Origin: Clostridia bacterium
Lineage (GTDB): Bacteria > Bacillota > Clostridia > Oscillospirales > CAG-272
Direction of reading: 5' to 3'
DNA length: 64,000 nucleotides
Assembly: GCA_017453325.1 (NCBI GenBank)
Contig: JAFTKK010000084.1
Coordinates: 2,204-66,203, forward strand
The position numbers and the translations under genes are program-made. Of the stretch, positions 59,660-64,000 are shown one piece after another (the stretch's first letter is position 1; the number at the start of each line of letters is the position of its first letter). The notes beneath the pieces were generated by a model. That model worked only from the letters and a program-made list of their open reading frames with translations. It searched no databases and was not told the origin of the DNA.

Positions 59660-59688
59660 TTGACAAGGCCGTGGCAAGGTGCTATAAT
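59660..59688 (+). promoter_or_regulatory. consensus sigma-A promoter of the T-box/trpB unit
   Basis: TTGACA, 17-nt spacer, TATAAT. Confidence 0.7.
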
Positions 59689-59699
59689 ATCTTCATAAT

Positions 59700-60003
59700 C
59701 AAATAAACCGTTGACGCGGAGATAACGGCAATGATGCCTTCACAGAGAGCCTACGGAGCTGAGAGTTAGGTAAGAAACAAGTTGTCAAATGGACCGCTGA
59801 GGGCGCAGTCAACAGCAGGTATTCCCTGCCCAGTATTCTGCGACGCATGGCTAAGAGGCCGAGGCAAGCGTCATTGCCGAGGATATGACAGTATCCGACA
59901 AAAGTGCATAGAGCTTTCTATGAAAACAAGGTGGCACCGCGGATAAGCTTTCTTATTCGTCCTTGACAGATGAGATCCATTTCTGTCGGGGGCGTTTTTC
60001 TTT
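59700..60003 (+). promoter_or_regulatory. T-box riboswitch leader, probable Trp (UGG) specifier
   Basis: The Stem I base pairs GTTGACGCG with CGCaGTCAAC. AGAGAG and GCUGAGAG conserved elements are present. The specifier-loop candidate is AAA-UGG-A at 59790-59792. The T-box sequence is AACAAGGUGGCACCGCGG (about 59926-59943). The terminator stem spans 59958-59994 and is followed by a T5 run. Confidence 0.85.
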
Positions 60004-60116
60004 GCTCCCGCAAAGGGGGGCTATCATGCTATTACTGACAAAACGATGGCGAGACTATCGCTGAGCCGTTTAAAAAACAATCACACACTACTGATATATT
60101 TTGGAGGAAACAAAAC

Positions 60117-61337
60117 ATGAAATTCAACAACGTTGATTTTGATACCTATTTTCAAAACTACCCCGATAACAAGGGCTATTTCGGCAAGTACGGCGGCGTT
60201 TACGTAGAGGACAAGCTGAAGCGCGCCATGGCCGAGATCACCGAGGCCTATTATTCGATCTGCCAATCCCGTAAATTCATTGCCGAGCTCCGCCGCATTC
60301 GCAAGGAGTTCCAGGGCAGACCCACGCCCGTGACGCATCTTGAGCGTCTGTCGGACGCCATGGGCGGCAAGGTGCAGCTTTACGCCAAGCGTGAGGACCT
60401 CAACCACTCGGGCGCACACAAGCTCAACCATTGCATGGGTGAGGCGCTGCTTGCCAAGTTCATGGGCAAAAAGAAGGTCATTGCCGAGACCGGTGCCGGC
60501 CAGCACGGCGTCGCACTTGCCACCGCTGCCGCATATTTCGGCCTCAAATGTGACATTTACATGGGCTCCGTGGACATCAAAAAGCAGGCGCCTAACGTGG
60601 CACGCATGAAAATTCTCGGTGCAAACGTCGTTGAGGTCACACATGGCCTCAAGACCCTGAAGGAAGCGGTTGACGCCGCATTCGAGGCATATAGCCGCGA
60701 ATATGAGGATGCCATTTACTGCATCGGCTCGGTTCTCGGTCCGCACCCCTTCCCCATGATGGTGCGCGACTTCCAGAGCGTTGTCGGCATTGAAGCAAGA
60801 GAGCAATTTATTGATATGACGGGACATCTGCCCAGCGCGATCGTGGCTTGCGTGGGCGGCGGTTCTAACGCTGCAGGTCTGTTTGCGGGCTTCCTCAACG
60901 ATCCCGTGGATATCTACGGCATCGAGCCTCTTGGCAGAGGTGAAAAGCTCGGCGACCACGCCGCGAGCCTCAAATACGGCACCGAGGGCATCATGCACGG
61001 CTTTAACAGCATTATGCTCAAGGACGAGAACGGCGACCCCGCCCCCGTTTACTCGGTGGCAAGCGGCCTTGATTACCCCTCGAGTGGCCCCGAGCACGCC
61101 TTCTTGCAGGAGATCGGGCGCGTCAAGTACGACGTCATCAACGACGAGGAGACCATCGACGCCTTTTATAAGCTTGCCCGTCTTGAGGGCATTATCCCCG
61201 CCATCGAGAGCTCGCACGCCGTGGCTTACGGCATGAAGCTGGCGCAGCGCATGGATCACGGCTCTGTGCTCATCAATCTCTCGGGGCGCGGCGACAAGGA
61301 CATGGATTACATCATCGAAAATTACGGCATCCGCTAA
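60117..61337 (+). CDS. trpB: tryptophan synthase beta-chain-like PLP enzyme (stand-alone)
   Basis: 406 aa with the PLP-Lys context [14 protein letters not shown], plus [10 protein letters not shown] and GGGSNAAG. No trpA or other trp genes lie nearby. Confidence 0.85.
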   Translation: MKFNNVDFDTYFQNYPDNKGYFGKYGGVYVEDKLKRAMAEITEAYYSICQSRKFIAELRRIRKEFQGRPTPVTHLERLSDAMGGKVQLYAKREDLNHSGAHKLNHCMGEALLAKFMGKKKVIAETGAGQHGVALATAAAYFGLKCDIYMGSVDIKKQAPNVARMKILGANVVEVTHGLKTLKEAVDAAFEAYSREYEDAIYCIGSVLGPHPFPMMVRDFQSVVGIEAREQFIDMTGHLPSAIVACVGGGSNAAGLFAGFLNDPVDIYGIEPLGRGEKLGDHAASLKYGTEGIMHGFNSIMLKDENGDPAPVYSVASGLDYPSSGPEHAFLQEIGRVKYDVINDEETIDAFYKLARLEGIIPAIESSHAVAYGMKLAQRMDHGSVLINLSGRGDKDMDYIIENYGIR

Positions 61338-61342
61338 TGCCA

Positions 61343-61381
61343 AACAAAAAAGAGCAACGCTGTGCGTTGCTCTTTTTTTGT
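61343..61381. terminator. bidirectional intrinsic terminator
   Basis: Arms AAAAAAGAGCAACGC / GCGTTGCTCTTTTTT. Confidence 0.85.
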
Positions 61382-62121
61382 TAAAGCACCTTTGCAAGGA
61401 AGCTTTGCAGTCTTTCACTTTTGGGTGCATCAAAAATTTCGGCGGGAGTGCCCTCCTCCACAATGACACCTGCATCCATAAATATCACGCGGTCTGCCAT
61501 TTCACGGGCAAAGCCCATCTCATGTGTCACCACGATCATTGTCATACCGTCTCGTGCCAGCTTTTTCATGACGTCCAACACCTCACCGACCATTTCAGGG
61601 TCAAGCGCAGAGGTAGGCTCGTCAAAGAGCATCACATCAGGCTCCATGCACAGCGCGCGCACGATGGCAATACGCTGCTTTTGGCCGCCCGAAAGCTGAC
61701 TGGGATAGGAGGTAGCGCGATCTGCAAGGCCCACGACCTCTAAGAGCTCCATGGCCTTGGCTTCGGCCTCCTCACGACTCTTTTTCAACAGCTTCATCGG
61801 GGCGAGAGTCATGTTTTTGAGAATAGTCATATGCGGGAAGAGGTTAAAATGCTGGAACACCATACCCATTTTTTGGCGATGTTGATTGATGTTAACACCC
61901 TTTCCCACGATATCCACACCATTGACAAAGATCTCGCCACACGAAGGGATCTCCAGCATATTAAGAGAACGTAAAAAGGTGGATTTTCCACTACCCGAGG
62001 GGCCGATCACAACCACGACTTCACCGCGGGCTATATCCGTATCAATACCATCCAGCGCCTTGATCGCACCGCCCTTGTAATGCTTTTTGAGGCCACGCAC
62101 GGAAATAATATGATCATCCAT
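61381..62121 (-). CDS. amino-acid ABC transporter ATP-binding protein (GlnQ-like)
   Basis: ATG 62121 ([15 protein letters not shown]). Walker [10 protein letters not shown] and signature [10 protein letters not shown] are present. Confidence 0.9.
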   Translation of the reverse strand: MDDHIISVRGLKKHYKGGAIKALDGIDTDIARGEVVVVIGPSGSGKSTFLRSLNMLEIPSCGEIFVNGVDIVGKGVNINQHRQKMGMVFQHFNLFPHMTILKNMTLAPMKLLKKSREEAEAKAMELLEVVGLADRATSYPSQLSGGQKQRIAIVRALCMEPDVMLFDEPTSALDPEMVGEVLDVMKKLARDGMTMIVVTHEMGFAREMADRVIFMDAGVIVEEGTPAEIFDAPKSERLQSFLAKVL

Positions 62122-62146
62122 GCGAGTGGCAATTGCCGCTTCTTTA

Positions 62147-62881
62147 TTATCTCTCACTCTTACGCAACCTCCTTTCCAGCTTTCCGACCAGGGCAGAGAG
62201 TACCACCACAAGCACCAGATAGATCAACGCAACCGCAATCAGCGGCATGAAGGCCGAGAAGGTGCGTCCGCGGATCAGGTCGCCCGCCTTCGTGAGATCC
62301 ACAATACCCACGTAGCCGGCAATAGAGGTCTCCTTGAGGAGCACGATAAACTCGTTACAAAGCGTAGGCAACACACTTTTGAATACCTGCGGAATGATGA
62401 TATAGATCATGGTCTGCACATAATTGAAGCCAAGCGAGCGCCCCGCCTCAAACTGACCGTTGTCAATGGACATGATACCACCGCGCAGGATCTCAGCTAC
62501 ATAGGCACCCGAGTTGATGCCGAAAGCAATCACGGCAATCATAACGTCGTTGCGAGAGGTGGCAAAAATAATGAAATACATGATCAAAAGCTGTACGACT
62601 ACGGGTGTACCGCGAATTACCGTCAGATACAGCTTGCAGATTGCATTGACGACGGTAAACAGATGATAGCCCGCGCCCTTGTGCTTGGACATGGCCTCTT
62701 TGTTTTTATCGTAAGTGGAGCGCACCGCCGCCACCATGATACCGAGCGCAATGCCGATCAGAAGTGAAAAAAGAGTGATCTTGAGCGTATTGCCAAGACC
62801 CTGCACAATCCACCTCCATCGCCCATCGTCGATAAAGTTCAATTGAAAATCCGCTTTAAAATCAGCGAACCATTCTTGCAT
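62147..62881 (-). CDS. amino-acid ABC transporter permease (HisMQ/GlnP family)
   Basis: 244 aa, multi-TM, with an EAA-like loop ([12 protein letters not shown]). Confidence 0.88.
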   Translation of the reverse strand: MQEWFADFKADFQLNFIDDGRWRWIVQGLGNTLKITLFSLLIGIALGIMVAAVRSTYDKNKEAMSKHKGAGYHLFTVVNAICKLYLTVIRGTPVVVQLLIMYFIIFATSRNDVMIAVIAFGINSGAYVAEILRGGIMSIDNGQFEAGRSLGFNYVQTMIYIIIPQVFKSVLPTLCNEFIVLLKETSIAGYVGIVDLTKAGDLIRGRTFSAFMPLIAVALIYLVLVVVLSALVGKLERRLRKSER

Positions 62882-62957
62882 GGGAATTCTCCTTCGTTTT
62901 GATATTGCATCAAAAGAGGAGACAAGCTACCCTGTCTCCTCTTCTGACAAGTCCTGA

Positions 62958-63794
62958 TCAGTTTGCCTTAGAAGGAATGTACTTCTCGATGATGGCGGCA
63001 ATGGTGCCGTCAGCCTTAAGCTCATCAAGCGCCTTGTTGATCTTCTCAAGCAGCTCAGTGTTGCCCTTCTTTACACAGATCGCGTAATCCTCAACAGCGT
63101 ACTCATTATCGCCTTCAAGAATGTGAATACCGTCATTTGCAGCCACAAAGGACTTAGCAGGCTCGTTATCGATGATCACGCAGTTGACCTTGTCGCTCTT
63201 CAGTGCAGCAATAGCCTCAGCGCCGGTCTTATAGCGAACAACGCGGTCAGTAGCAATGGAGCCGTCCTCATTGAGGTCGTTGAGGCCCCAGTTCTCGACA
63301 GCATCGGAGGAATAGATATCACCGGTGGTGTCCTGCTGGACGCCAACCTTAATGTCGGGGTTCTTGAGTGCCACGGGGTCACCGTCTGCATTAAACTCAA
63401 AAATATCGTCAAGACTGGTGATAGAGGAGCCATCCTTTACGATGATAACTTGAATACCGGTTGCGTAGGTGTTGGAAAAGTCCATGGTCTTCTTGCGATC
63501 CTCGGTTACGGTGATGCCGGCCATGCCCATATCGTACTTACCCTCGGCAACGCCAAGCAATGCGGCGCCGAATTCAACGTCAACAATCTCAAGCTCCATG
63601 CCAAGTTTCTCGGCGATCTTCTGTGCGATCTCTACGTCGATACCTGCAAAGTTCTCGCCATCCTTATACTCGTAGGGGGGAAATGCTGCATTGGTAGCCA
63701 TAACCAATTTTTCTTCCTTCTTGCAGGCGGAGAAGCTGACCATCATGGTTACAACCATCAGTACTGCAAGGGTAAGAGCCAAAATCTTTTTCAT
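62958..63794 (-). CDS. amino-acid ABC transporter substrate-binding lipoprotein
   Basis: Has a signal peptide with lipobox SFSAC and a family-3 SBP fold (MATNAAFPPYEY, GYDMGMAGITV). Confidence 0.88.
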   Translation of the reverse strand: MKKILALTLAVLMVVTMMVSFSACKKEEKLVMATNAAFPPYEYKDGENFAGIDVEIAQKIAEKLGMELEIVDVEFGAALLGVAEGKYDMGMAGITVTEDRKKTMDFSNTYATGIQVIIVKDGSSITSLDDIFEFNADGDPVALKNPDIKVGVQQDTTGDIYSSDAVENWGLNDLNEDGSIATDRVVRYKTGAEAIAALKSDKVNCVIIDNEPAKSFVAANDGIHILEGDNEYAVEDYAICVKKGNTELLEKINKALDELKADGTIAAIIEKYIPSKAN

Positions 63795-63842
63795 GATTGT
63801 TTTCCTTTCAAAAAATTATAATATTGCCTTTCGGCTCTTGCA

Positions 63843-63872
63843 ATTATAGCGCATAATTATACAAATGTCAAG
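63843..63872 (-). promoter_or_regulatory. consensus sigma-A promoter of the amino-acid ABC operon
   Basis: On the minus strand: TTGACA, 17-nt spacer, TATAAT. Confidence 0.65.
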
Positions 63873-63907
63873 CACTTTTTAATAATTTCCGCTTGCCCCG
63901 CAAAAAA

Positions 63908-64000
63908 TCATACGTTTGCGCACGCCGCCGCAATCTCGGCGGCTACGGCATCGGGGGTGCGGTCGGCGGCCACCGCCACATCGCAAAGCTCCTCGTTGCG
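63908..64000 (-). CDS. 3' end of an unidentified gene running off the window
   Basis: The minus-strand frame reads ...RNEELCDVAVAADRTPDAVAAEIAAACANV* with host-like GC3 bias. It is too short to identify. Confidence 0.35.
   Translation of the reverse strand, partial: RNEELCDVAVAADRTPDAVAAEIAAACANV

Overview
Gene-dense chromosomal core segment, high GC (my estimate is high 50s %, not computed). Gene content and synteny suggest a spore-forming Clostridia genome, possibly Oscillospiraceae/Ruminococcaceae-like; that taxonomic guess is inference only. I can support about 60 protein-coding genes. They include: a compact shikimate/aromatic amino-acid operon (tyrA-aroB-aroA-aroC::pheA-aroE::aroK-aroQ); the conserved sporulation block spoVB/yabM-mazG-hup-yabO-yabP-yabQ-divIC-like; hemZ-dtd-relA-recJ; cdaA plus a short ybbR gene; tex; lacZ plus a PHP-domain gene; two tandem mgtC paralogs; htrA plus an OmpR-type regulator; ychF-trmB-truB; hflX-yigZ; rpmE; spoIIGA-sigE; rpsF-ssb-rpsR; lnt; mtaB; rpmB; proC; carD-like; galE; a T-box-controlled stand-alone trpB; and an amino-acid ABC transporter. 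I saw no rRNA or tRNA genes, CRISPR array, transposase or integrase, prophage genes, or recognisable defence or toxin-antitoxin module. This looks like ordinary housekeeping DNA, and I cannot honestly point to a clear novel multi-gene system. The observations most worth a second look are: (1) an orphan OmpR-family response regulator whose phospho-acceptor Asp is replaced by Gly, exactly at a G7 homopolymer, upstream of htrA; (2) a 462-aa Ala-rich protein after mtaB that looks like a catalytically degenerate PurL/PurM-superfamily protein; (3) a Trp-type T-box leader driving a lone, somewhat divergent trpB; (4) a trifunctional chorismate synthase / chorismate mutase / prephenate dehydratase fusion and an aroE::aroK fusion; (5) two AT-rich, structured non-coding islands lying between convergent terminators. 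All CDS starts were chosen by eye from RBS and overlap context. No database search was run.
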